DNA from: an uncultured Gammaproteobacteria bacterium
Lineage (GTDB): Bacteria > Patescibacteriota > Patescibacteriia > UBA1558 > GWA2-36-10
DNA: 64,000 bases
Direction of reading: 5' to 3'
Assembly (NCBI GenBank): GCA_964633905.1
Contig: CAZWIT010000002.1
Span: 128,833 to 192,832 of the forward strand
Positions within the stretch are counted from its first letter, which is position 1. Every line of letters begins with the position of its first letter. This document shows, piece by piece, positions 48,301 through 56,660 of the stretch. The notes beneath the pieces are model-generated. The model was not told the origin of the DNA and made no database searches. It saw only the letters and a list, made by a program, of their open reading frames with translations. The position numbers and the translations under genes were made by a program.

Positions 48301-48992
48301 CCTCTAAATTAACTTTTCATGCTGGTAACAGCGGAAAAAATTTACAAGGCGTAACCATGACCAATGCCTTAAGCGCTGGTACTTGGACTCATATTGCCAT
48401 GGTAGTAGATCGAGATGTTGGTTATCAGTGGTATCGTAATGGTGTTGCAGAAGCAAGCTATGCTACCGACACTAGCGCTTATACGCTGGGAACTTCCACG
48501 TCCTTAGGTATTAGTTGGGATTGGTCGCCTAGTGATCCTAGTATGTCTTTTCTTGGTAATATAGATGAGATTAGAATCTCTCATACCAAGAGATCAACGT
48601 CTTGGTTAGTAACTTCTTATAATTCCCAAAATGATCCTAGTAGTTTTTATAGTATTAGTGATGCAACTACGGTAGCTGGTTATGCGAGTCCGGGTGTTTT
48701 ATATTCTTCTATTATTGATTTGGGAGCAAGCGATCAAACTCTTGCCAGCATTAGTGTTGAACAGGACGTACCAAGTGGTTGTAGTATTGTTGTTACCTTA
48801 GAAGCTTCTGATCTTAGTAGTTTTTCCTCTCTTACTAGCGCTGATTTTAGCGATAGTGCCAATTTTTTTACTAGCAGTACGCCTAGTAGTTTAGATAATA
48901 AGCGCTATTTACGTTATAAAACAACTTTAACTAATTGTAATAGTGGTTCTTCTGCTCCAAGCTTATATTCATTACGTTTAAATTATCGATAA
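45309..48992 (+). CDS. Giant minor pilin/adhesin with beta-propeller, DUF2341-like, inserted beta-sandwich and LamG-like domains (start moved to ATG 45309)
   Basis: NGFSLVELVVALGIF; YRRAITIDHTKV..FPVL..DIIFT..HEIE..AWVRIP..IYMFYGN; FTAEFWVK..WTHIAMV..GNIDEIRIS. Confidence 0.85.
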   Translation: MFNKKSHYKIKKRGNGFSLVELVVALGIFAIVSSGVIFVVINSYRTYYGSGDRQVVVQFAQEGLEAVKSIRDNSWQGIVAVADDNDHGVIKVNGLWQFSGTNNTLGALTRTIVISNVSRDASGNIDAGVTYDPNTKKVIVTVSGSGISNYVLVSFITNWSHRYWEQTDWSGVGTSEFWNSALKASSSYSNISTATPGALTLALSAGGTPGSYGDWGDVYPLATTTYFTNQIHGMALSPDQRTLYTTGNDTAQSFRAYDVSQARAGIIKELWSIKYNTDVLLVNAATVTVHPNGRYVYVGCYAATGVTGRLILIIDTVTRQYTFSTGGTAGSSTMYINDIVVDADSNYLYALGRNFRIFPFQITNDGATLTLVGNSAGQIMAGGALNRGVIANGWLYIVTSDGPKSFQKINISNPAALTTTTGGGYVFANPNGARPRYNLKYIETVADQPRFLVTNYSGSYEVEIIEDDGTSATTIGNLGLTNSLYFDIADGGLDARTYWLYNYYGDLQEIYINTSGVPTITGSVCNGRACKYGNYYQDVVSSSSFWADNMVYSSVLGGLILLEYQGATPATYNMYFVPKTETRANGATYSYRRAITIDHTKVSTEDQSSFPVLISGTYSYLKTTANGGNTQSDYGYDIIFTSDIDGNTILDHEIESYSSSTGALTAWVRIPTLSYTADTTIYMFYGNNTISTSQERANSVWDGNFKFVSHMAGNGTDSVRNDSTSDNNSFYKYSGDPSTFDVAVSASSDDAQELVSNGTVTTNADPLHMSYNGGTYYTGLRFQNVQVPQGSTIINAYLEFQAGTQSGVNGDAINNVIAAEATDDAATFAATNYNISSRSTTTSFVTWSWAAAWTAGTLYRTNDISPVIREVINRPGWVSGNDMAFRIAPDPTQTSKKVAKSYDNATWTSTTSPRLYINYASSTSGQINSGDYFDNYGDKLYAFANYKSLWQNTSDFTAEFWVKYAGGMSASNYACILYKGNGDAGVQEGWYIRFLGSTSKLTFHAGNSGKNLQGVTMTNALSAGTWTHIAMVVDRDVGYQWYRNGVAEASYATDTSAYTLGTSTSLGISWDWSPSDPSMSFLGNIDEIRISHTKRSTSWLVTSYNSQNDPSSFYSISDATTVAGYASPGVLYSSIIDLGASDQTLASISVEQDVPSGCSIVVTLEASDLSSFSSLTSADFSDSANFFTSSTPSSLDNKRYLRYKTTLTNCNSGSSAPSLYSLRLNYR

Positions 48993-50269
48993 TGACAAAA
49001 AAAATAAAACAAAAATCAGGTTTTACCTTACTTGAAACTATTATTTATTTAGCGATTGTTGGCATTTTACTTTCTGCTATTATTGATTTTAGTATTACTT
49101 TGGGAAATTCTTCTAGTAAAATGTCAGCCAACATTGATGCTTCTCGTAATCGCCGAGCGGCTTTAAGTAGTATTAATTATTTAGTGCGCAATGCTGATGG
49201 TCTATGGAAAGATGTTTATAATGATTGTTCAAATTTTAGCTCTAGTCCCCAAATTTTAGCTTTATATTTTAATAATGATGATTATCTGCCTGGTCCTTGC
49301 GTTGAAGATGGTGGGGGAGTAAAAATTAGTATTGATGAAGGTCGCCTAAAAATGACTTGTTACCCTAACGCTGGCTATAATAGTTCTTATAATACTTGTG
49401 CTAGTAGTGCTGGTAATTTTTATTGGTTAAGCGGGCAAGAAGTTTCTATTGCCAATAGTGCTTTAACTTTTTCTACTTCAACCGCTACTTCAACAGCCAA
49501 TGGTTTTACTAGCGTTACTACTTATCTCAATGTTTCTACTATTAGTAATCAGCAAACAAGCCTAAAGGCAAATTCAGCAGCGACCAGTACAGTGGCTATC
49601 CGTAATGAACAGCCGAATGGTTTAATTGCTTTTTATAAATTTGACGATGGTTCTAGCAATGCGGCTGTTGATAGTGTGGATGGCACAAGTTTGAGCTGCG
49701 CTTTAAACCCACCCAGCTCAGTGAGTAATTTAGTAGCAGGTAGTGCTAAGGCTTTTGATTTTAATAGCTCAGAATCAGATTATTGTTCGATCGATAATCC
49801 AGAAAAATTTAATTTAGGGCAGTCTTTTACTATTTCTACTTGGATAAAAATGGATAGCCCAACTGTAGCCGAACATGCTATTATTAATAAGCATGACTGG
49901 TCGGCAAGTCAGGGTTATTATTTGATGGTTTATCAAAATACTGGTCGGGTAATATTTAGAATTTGTGATGGCACAGCTTGTTCTAATATTTTAGATGTTG
50001 ATAGTATTTTAAGTAATGCAACTGTCTATAATATCACGGTGGTATATGATCAACCCAATAGTTTAGGTAAAATGTATATTTATCAGGCTGGGGTTGGCGG
50101 AGTGAGTACTACTACAGCTGCTTCTTGGCCTATTTTAGTTAACTCCAATCAAACTAATTATCCTCGGATCGGTAATAATTTAGATGGTACTTTGGATGAT
50201 TTGCGCATCTATAATAGAGCCTTAACAGAAACAGAAGTTTGGGCTTTGCAAAGTCAGGGTGCTAATTAA
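48992..50269 (+). CDS. Minor pilin (PilW-like) with C-terminal LamG domain
   Basis: SGFTLLETIIYLAI; GLIAFYKFDDG, FTISTWIK, GTLDDLRIYNRALT. Confidence 0.87.
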   Translation: MTKKIKQKSGFTLLETIIYLAIVGILLSAIIDFSITLGNSSSKMSANIDASRNRRAALSSINYLVRNADGLWKDVYNDCSNFSSSPQILALYFNNDDYLPGPCVEDGGGVKISIDEGRLKMTCYPNAGYNSSYNTCASSAGNFYWLSGQEVSIANSALTFSTSTATSTANGFTSVTTYLNVSTISNQQTSLKANSAATSTVAIRNEQPNGLIAFYKFDDGSSNAAVDSVDGTSLSCALNPPSSVSNLVAGSAKAFDFNSSESDYCSIDNPEKFNLGQSFTISTWIKMDSPTVAEHAIINKHDWSASQGYYLMVYQNTGRVIFRICDGTACSNILDVDSILSNATVYNITVVYDQPNSLGKMYIYQAGVGGVSTTTAASWPILVNSNQTNYPRIGNNLDGTLDDLRIYNRALTETEVWALQSQGAN

Positions 50270-50277
50270 TTTTATTT

Positions 50278-51225
50278 ATGCAATATATTAGAAGTTATAA
50301 AAATTTATCACAACCACAAGGTTTTATTGCTTTGATTTTAGTGATTATGGTTACAGCCATAATTTTAGTATCCAATGTGATCATTAGCATGGTTAATACT
50401 TCTAATAATTTAGCTAATTATCACATGGCTGAGTCAGAGGAAGTGTCTTATAATATCGAGGCTTGTTTAGATGATGCTTATTGGCGTATCACTTCTAGCA
50501 CTAGTGTTAGCGGTTCTTTTGGTATTACTAGTGGTGATGTAGATTGTGATTATGAAATTAGTGCCACTGATAGTGGACTTAAAATTGTCACTTCTACAGC
50601 TACTACTACCTCAGCTTTGGGTAATTGGCACCGGCAAGTAATAGCACAAATCAATGTTTCTACTACCCCTATTACTATTAGTTATTATAAAGACGGTATT
50701 AATATTATGCATGTTAATACCTCAGAAGGTCCAAATTCGCCAACTGTAGCTAGTGATTCTGGTACAGGTGGTCAAACGTGGAGCGGTGGCACTTTAAATA
50801 ATATTTTTTCTGATAATAGTACTGAAGCAGAAAATACTGCTACCTGCGGCGAAACACTTTGCAGTGATTATGAAATAAAATTAATTAAAGCAGATAATAG
50901 TCTATCCTCGCAAAATAAAGCCTTAGTAGTAGCTCTTGGTACAACAGCTGATCCGGGCTACACGAGCTACGGTGGTAGTGGCCAACTTTGGGGAGAATCT
51001 TGGACGGCTAGCGATATTAATAATGCTAATTTTGGCTTAGCTATCAAATATAATGGCGATAGTCAAAGCTCTTATTTAAAAGCTAGCGGGTTTAATTTTA
51101 ATATACCAAATGGAGCAGTAATTACTGGTATTGAAGCTAACGTTGAGCATTGGCTTGAATATTTTTTTGATCATTATGAAATTCATGTTGATCATGTTAC
51201 AATAACAATTTATTATCGCATATAA
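50278..51225 (+). CDS. PilX-like minor pilin (no Glu5) with C-terminal beta domain
   Basis: QGFIALILVIMV hydrophobic N-terminus; C-term LWGESWTASDIN..F..FNFNIPNGAVITGIE. Confidence 0.72.
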   Translation: MQYIRSYKNLSQPQGFIALILVIMVTAIILVSNVIISMVNTSNNLANYHMAESEEVSYNIEACLDDAYWRITSSTSVSGSFGITSGDVDCDYEISATDSGLKIVTSTATTTSALGNWHRQVIAQINVSTTPITISYYKDGINIMHVNTSEGPNSPTVASDSGTGGQTWSGGTLNNIFSDNSTEAENTATCGETLCSDYEIKLIKADNSLSSQNKALVVALGTTADPGYTSYGGSGQLWGESWTASDINNANFGLAIKYNGDSQSSYLKASGFNFNIPNGAVITGIEANVEHWLEYFFDHYEIHVDHVTITIYYRI

Positions 51226-51239
51226 TTTTAGATTAATTT

Positions 51240-53006
51240 ATGGCTAAAGACATTATTGGGATTGATATTTCCGATGCCTCAATTGAGGCAATAGTATTAA
51301 ATAAAAAGGGTGGTAATTTTATAGTAGATACTTACTCGCGTTTTCGCTTGTCTCCGGAAATCATAGTAGATGGTAAAATTATTAAACCAGACAAGTTAAA
51401 AGAAGCCTTACAGCTAGTTTTTAAAAGCGCTCAACCGCGCCTTATGGATCCAGGTAGAGTATATTTATCAGTTTCAGAAAGCCGAGCTTTTACTAAAGTT
51501 TTTAATTTTCCTAAAAATTTAAATGATAAGGAATTAAAAGAAGCTGCTATTCATAAGGCAGAGGAGATGATACCAGAGGACATGGCACAATTGTTTAGTG
51601 CTAGTCAGTTACTGCCAAATAAAAATGAACACAAAGAAGTTTTGTATGTAACCGCTGAAAAAGAGGCGGTTTTAGCTTTGACTAAAATATTTCAAGAACA
51701 AAATATAGAAGTTCTCGGTGTTACCACCGAGTCATTTAGTGCTTACTGGGGCTTAAATGAAAAATTTAAAAAAAATCAAACTTTATTATTAGATATTGGT
51801 AGTCATACCACGATTGCAGCTATTTATGATAGTTATAGTGTGCGTGATAGTATTAATATTAATATTGCCGGTTTTAATATTATTGAGGCTATGATCAAAA
51901 GATTTAATATTGACTATTTAAAGGCTGAAGAATTGATTAGGGATGTGGGTTTAACGGCGGAGCCTGGTGATGGTGAAGTAATGCTTTTGATACAGGGACA
52001 ACTACAGCCATTACTTGATGAAGTTAATCGTTTTGTAAATTATTTTCAAGAATCAAATCAGGGACATTTAGAGCAAGTAGTTTTAATTGGTGGCTTGGCG
52101 CAAATGCGCGGTATTGTAAATTATTTTGGCTCTAATCTAAATTTACCTACTTTTATCGGGGAAACTTTTTTATCTAATAGTAATTCAGAGGCAGTTGCTT
52201 TTACTAAATATATTAATGCCCTAGGTCTGGCTAGGCTTTGTTTTGAGAAAAATAATATTAATTTTTTTGATAGTATTGATAAAAAAACTTTAAAACAAGA
52301 ATTAATTAAAGATGAAAAATTAATAGCGCCTAATCCAGATGCAGAAGCAATCGAAACACCGATCGCACCACTTGGTTTAGCAAAATACAAATTATTATTC
52401 AAGAAGATTTTTGGCAGTTTATTTTTTGCATTATTTTTAATGTTGATAGGCTTAGGTGGTTCATTTATTTTTTTGCGAAAACCTTTGCAAAATTTATTTG
52501 TTAGAGAAACTAGCTTTAGTATTAATTCAGAAAAAATTAGTGTTGGTCTAAAATCTCCAGGAGGAGCGAATCAGCGCTTTGTCTATGGTCAAAATGCCTC
52601 TTTTGTTTTAAATCAAGAAAAAGACTATCCGGCCCTTTCCTATGAAGAGGTAAAAGATAAGCTGGTGGCGAATTTATCAGAAGAAGTGATAAATGAATTA
52701 AATAAAAAATATCAACAGAGCGGCTACTACATTATTCCTCAGATTATTGGTAAACAAATTATCGATATTAGTCCTAAGCAAGTAGATTTTAAAATTGGTC
52801 AGCCTGTCAAAGTGCAAGTGAGTTTTTCTTTTATAGCAATCTCCAATAATGATGTTAAACAAGTTTTAGGGCGTATTGCCAAAGCTGAAGAGCAGGCTAA
52901 AATTTTAAGTAGTGAGGTAGAACAGGCAGAATACAAACTTATTTCTTGGGATAGTGCTAATCAATCGTTTGTCTTAGAGGTTAATTTTAAGTTTAAAACT
53001 AAATAA
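51240..53006 (+). CDS. pilM: PilM (FtsA/actin-like) fused to a TM segment and extracytoplasmic domain
   Basis: IIGIDISDASIE, LLLDIGSHTT, VVLIGGLAQMRG, YINALGLA, then TM and ~175 aa tail. Confidence 0.85.
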   Translation: MAKDIIGIDISDASIEAIVLNKKGGNFIVDTYSRFRLSPEIIVDGKIIKPDKLKEALQLVFKSAQPRLMDPGRVYLSVSESRAFTKVFNFPKNLNDKELKEAAIHKAEEMIPEDMAQLFSASQLLPNKNEHKEVLYVTAEKEAVLALTKIFQEQNIEVLGVTTESFSAYWGLNEKFKKNQTLLLDIGSHTTIAAIYDSYSVRDSININIAGFNIIEAMIKRFNIDYLKAEELIRDVGLTAEPGDGEVMLLIQGQLQPLLDEVNRFVNYFQESNQGHLEQVVLIGGLAQMRGIVNYFGSNLNLPTFIGETFLSNSNSEAVAFTKYINALGLARLCFEKNNINFFDSIDKKTLKQELIKDEKLIAPNPDAEAIETPIAPLGLAKYKLLFKKIFGSLFFALFLMLIGLGGSFIFLRKPLQNLFVRETSFSINSEKISVGLKSPGGANQRFVYGQNASFVLNQEKDYPALSYEEVKDKLVANLSEEVINELNKKYQQSGYYIIPQIIGKQIIDISPKQVDFKIGQPVKVQVSFSFIAISNNDVKQVLGRIAKAEEQAKILSSEVEQAEYKLISWDSANQSFVLEVNFKFKTK

Positions 53007-53014
53007 TTTTTCCC

Positions 53015-53023
53015 TGTGGATAA
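53015..53023 (-). promoter_or_regulatory. Single perfect DnaA box upstream of pilin promoter
   Basis: TGTGGATAA = reverse complement of TTATCCACA. Confidence 0.4.
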
Positions 53024-53051
53024 GTTTAAAATTATCAATTTGTCCAAAAAA

Positions 53052-53060
53052 TGGTATAAT
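53052..53060 (+). promoter_or_regulatory. Extended -10 promoter for major pilins
   Basis: TGGTATAAT ~60 nt upstream of ATG 53122. Confidence 0.55.
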
Positions 53061-53121
53061 TAGTCTATTAAAATAAAGCAGTATTTAATAAATTTTATTT
53101 GTATAGAATAAAAATAAAAAA

Positions 53122-53625
53122 ATGAATCAAATCTTAAAGAATTCGGGATTTACTTTAATTGAATTGATTATCGTAGTGGCTATTATCGCTCTTCTTGCTT
53201 CAGCTGGTTTTGTGGCTATTAATCCAGGTAAGCGTTCGGGTGATGCTAATAATGCCAAACGTTGGGCAGATGTAACTGCTATTGCTGATGCTTATTCTGC
53301 CTATCTGGTAGATAATGGTGGCACTCATCCAACTACTACACCAACGCCAACGGCAGGTGTTACCTATTCTATTACCACTACCACTGATGCTTCTGGTAAT
53401 CTTACAGTTTGTGAAGGGGGTGCTAACGCTACGACTACTTCTCAGTATATTGATTTGGAAGCCTTAGTAAGTAATGGTTATATTGGTAAAATTCCGCTTG
53501 ATCCAGCTTATGGCGCTGGTGATGCTAGAAATACTGGTTATTATTTTTATCGTGAATCTAGTGGCACCTTGGTTATTGGTTCTTGTGATAGTTATAACAA
53601 TGAAGACATTGAATTAGTTAGATAG
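53122..53625 (+). CDS. Type IV major pilin candidate, copy 1
   Basis: SGFTLIELIIVVAIIALLA; ANNAKRWAD; YIGKIPLDP; NTGYY. Confidence 0.92.
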   Translation: MNQILKNSGFTLIELIIVVAIIALLASAGFVAINPGKRSGDANNAKRWADVTAIADAYSAYLVDNGGTHPTTTPTPTAGVTYSITTTTDASGNLTVCEGGANATTTSQYIDLEALVSNGYIGKIPLDPAYGAGDARNTGYYFYRESSGTLVIGSCDSYNNEDIELVR

Positions 53626-53655
53626 TATTTTATTAATAATAATTAAATATAAAAT

Positions 53656-54159
53656 ATGAAAAAAATCTTAAAAAATTCAGGCTTTACTTTAATCGAATTG
53701 ATTATCGTAGTAGCCATCATCGCTTTGCTAGCAGCTGCTAGTTTTGTGGCTATCAATCCTGGCAAACGTGTGGGTGATGCTAATAATGCCAAACGTTGGT
53801 CAGACATTACTGCTATTGCTGATGCTTATTCAGCTTATTTAGTGGATAATGGTGGTACCCATCCAACTACCACGGCTTATACAACTGGTGTTACTTATTC
53901 AATTACTAGTTCAACTCAAGGTCATGCCGAGAGGTGTGCTGCTGATACGACAAATGGTAATGCAACTACTACCTCTGCTAATGTTAACTTAGCAGCCTTG
54001 GTTACATCTGGTTATATTGGTGCCATACCATCTGATCCTGGTTATGTAGTGGCTGATACTTTTAATACTGGTTATTATCTCTATAGAGAGAGTTCTGGTA
54101 AATTAGTAATTGGTTCTTGTGATGCTTACAATTCAGTTAATATAGAAGTAGTTAGGTAG
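53656..54159 (+). CDS. Type IV major pilin candidate, copy 2 (paralogue of copy 1)
   Basis: Same 167-aa length and conserved N- and C-terminal blocks as copy 1. Confidence 0.92.
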   Translation: MKKILKNSGFTLIELIIVVAIIALLAAASFVAINPGKRVGDANNAKRWSDITAIADAYSAYLVDNGGTHPTTTAYTTGVTYSITSSTQGHAERCAADTTNGNATTTSANVNLAALVTSGYIGAIPSDPGYVVADTFNTGYYLYRESSGKLVIGSCDAYNSVNIEVVR

Positions 54160-54189
54160 TTTATCTAGAATATTGTTTAATTTATTTGA

Positions 54190-54230
54190 TTGACAAAAGT
54201 TTATTAGCACTCTATAATATAGAGTGCTAA
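54190..54230 (+). promoter_or_regulatory. Consensus promoter TTGACA-N17-TATAAT overlapped by a perfect CIRCE (HrcA operator)
   Basis: TTGACA 54190-54195; TTAGCACTC 54204-54212, 9-nt spacer TATAATATA, GAGTGCTAA 54222-54230. Confidence 0.93.
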
Positions 54231-54277
54231 TGTGTTATTTAGCTTATTTTTTTAATGTATTAAATTTAATAATTTTT

Positions 54278-55948
54278 ATGAAGAAAATTTTGAAAAAATG
54301 GTGGTTTTGGTTAATTATTGTGATTGTTTTGGTTGTAATTCTAAATATTTTTTTGTCTAGTAGTAAAGAATCCGTAGTTTATACTACCGAAGCAGCTAAT
54401 ATTCAGGATTTAAAACAAACAGTTGAAGTAACTGGTAAAGTTGAGTCAGCAGATGATATTGATTTAAATTTTTTAGGTAGTGGTACTTTGCGTGATATTA
54501 ATGTTAAAGTTGGCGATCAGGTAAAGACGGGTCAGATTTTAGCTAGCCTTTCGGCTGGCGATGTTGCTGCTCAAGTTAATAATGCTCGGGCCGCTTTAGA
54601 TGTAGCTAAAAGCGATTTAGCTTCTATTTTAGCTGGTGCTTCAGCAGCAGATTTAAATGTTACTGAACAAGAAGTAAATAATGCTTTAACTGCTTACCAA
54701 GCAGCGTTAGATAATTTAGCTAGCTTAGAAAAGACCAGAGACGATGATATGGCAAGTTTGAGGACAGCTGGTTTAAATACTTTAAATGATAAATTATTTG
54801 TTGCTAGGTATTCTTTAGATTTAGTTTATGATGCTATTTTAGATAGCGATGCTGATTATTCTTTATACGTTAATGATACTAATTTATTAACAACGGCCAA
54901 ATATCAATATGAAGCTGCTCAAGCTAAATATACCGAGGTGGCTGTTTTAGTTGCTAAAGCTCAAAGTAGTAATCAGCAGGCTGATATTTTATCAGGCCTA
55001 GATCAATTGCGCCAACTTTTGCAAGCTACTTCCGAGACGCTTAACAATACTTTTAATGTAATGAATACAGTGGTTATAAACTCTGTCTATACACAAACTG
55101 TAGTTGACACCTTTAAGACTTCTTTAAGCAGTAATAATACTAGCGTTAATACAGCGATGAGCGCGGTAGCAAGCTCTGCTTCTAACTTGAGAGCTAAAGA
55201 TTTATATTATCAAAATGCTATATTACAGCAGACTAATGCAGTAAAAGTAGCTCAGGACACCTTGGATTTGGCTAAAGCGAGACTTGATTTAAAAAAAGCA
55301 CCAGCCCGTGATTTTCAAATTGAGGCGGCTAGAGCCCGAGTGCGTCAAGCGGAGGCTAATTTAAGCAGGGCCTTGAGCGATTTATCTGATAAGTCTATCA
55401 AAGCACCAGTTGATGGTTTAATTACTAAAGTTAATTATGCCAAAGGAGAACAAACTTCAGCTGCTAAAGCGGTGATTTCAATGATTGGTTTAAGTACTCT
55501 GCAAATAGAAGTTGATGTGCCGGAATCAGATATTACCAAATTAAAAATCAATGATGAGGTTGATATTGATATTAATGCTTTTACCGATGGTAGTAAGTTT
55601 AAGGGTACGGTTACTTTTATTGATCCAGCCGCTACTGTTATTAATGAAGTTATTTATTATAAAGTTAATATTTCTTTTAAAGAAAAGGATGATAGAATTA
55701 AATCTGGTATGACAGCAGATTTGACAGTGCTTACTGCTAGTAAGCCACAAGTTTTAGTAGTGCCATCAAGAGCAGTTATTAATCGCGATGATCAGCATTA
55801 CGTTCAAGTTTTAGTTGATAAGCAGCCAGTTGATAAAGAAGTAGAAGTTGGTTTAAAAGGCGATAATAGTTTGATAGAAATTGTCAGTGGTTTATCTGCT
55901 GGCGAAGAAGTTATAGTATCTGCTAAAACCAACGGTAAAAAGAAATAA
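54278..55948 (+). CDS. MacA/YknX-like periplasmic adaptor (membrane fusion protein) with long alpha-hairpin (start moved to ATG 54278)
   Basis: TM, VKVGDQVKTGQILA, IKAPVDG, VPESDI, IKSGMTA, VEVGLKGD..IEIVSGL. Confidence 0.92.
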   Translation: MKKILKKWWFWLIIVIVLVVILNIFLSSSKESVVYTTEAANIQDLKQTVEVTGKVESADDIDLNFLGSGTLRDINVKVGDQVKTGQILASLSAGDVAAQVNNARAALDVAKSDLASILAGASAADLNVTEQEVNNALTAYQAALDNLASLEKTRDDDMASLRTAGLNTLNDKLFVARYSLDLVYDAILDSDADYSLYVNDTNLLTTAKYQYEAAQAKYTEVAVLVAKAQSSNQQADILSGLDQLRQLLQATSETLNNTFNVMNTVVINSVYTQTVVDTFKTSLSSNNTSVNTAMSAVASSASNLRAKDLYYQNAILQQTNAVKVAQDTLDLAKARLDLKKAPARDFQIEAARARVRQAEANLSRALSDLSDKSIKAPVDGLITKVNYAKGEQTSAAKAVISMIGLSTLQIEVDVPESDITKLKINDEVDIDINAFTDGSKFKGTVTFIDPAATVINEVIYYKVNISFKEKDDRIKSGMTADLTVLTASKPQVLVVPSRAVINRDDQHYVQVLVDKQPVDKEVEVGLKGDNSLIEIVSGLSAGEEVIVSAKTNGKKK

Positions 55949-55950
55949 AA

Positions 55951-56658
55951 ATGATTGATATTAAAAATCTTCATAAAGAATATGTTAATGAAGAAGTGGC
56001 TACCAAGATTTTGCATGGTATCAATTTAAGTATTAATAAAGGTGAATTTGTAGCTATTATGGGACCATCTGGTTCTGGTAAATCTACCTTAATGCATATT
56101 TTGGGTTTTTTGGACACTTTGACTACTGGTCAGTATATTTTTCAAGATAAGGATGTTAGTCAATTAGACGATGATACTCTAGCAGAATATCGTAATAAAA
56201 AAGTAGGTTTTGTTTTTCAGAGTTTTAATCTTTTACCCAAAACTAGTGTTTGGGAGAATGTTCGTTTACCTCTCCTGTATACTACTGGTAAGACAGATGA
56301 CTCTTTAGTGGATCAAGCTATCAAAGCTGTTGGTTTAGAGCATCGTCGTGATTTTTTGTCTAATCAGTTATCAGGCGGTGAAAAACAAAGAGTAGCTATT
56401 GCTCGAGCCCTGGTAAACACGCCTGAAATTATTTTTGCTGATGAACCAACTGGTAATTTGGATTCTAAATCTGGCATTCAGATTATGTCGATTTTACAAA
56501 AATTAAATGAAGAAGGCAAAACTATTATTTTAGTTACCCATGAAACTATTACGGCCAAGCATGCTAAAAGAATTATTAGTATTAAAGATGGTATGATTTT
56601 TGATGATACTTCAGATTTTGAAAGGGTGATTGCCAAAGATAGCGAAATACTAAAATAA
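55951..56658 (+). CDS. MacB/LolD-family ABC ATPase
   Basis: [46 protein letters not shown]. Confidence 0.96.
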   Translation: MIDIKNLHKEYVNEEVATKILHGINLSINKGEFVAIMGPSGSGKSTLMHILGFLDTLTTGQYIFQDKDVSQLDDDTLAEYRNKKVGFVFQSFNLLPKTSVWENVRLPLLYTTGKTDDSLVDQAIKAVGLEHRRDFLSNQLSGGEKQRVAIARALVNTPEIIFADEPTGNLDSKSGIQIMSILQKLNEEGKTIILVTHETITAKHAKRIISIKDGMIFDDTSDFERVIAKDSEILK

Positions 56659-56660
56659 AT

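Noticed and set aside
53015-53023. DnaA box as replication origin
   Set aside because: Single box in a short intergenic gap; no box cluster and no dnaA/dnaN nearby
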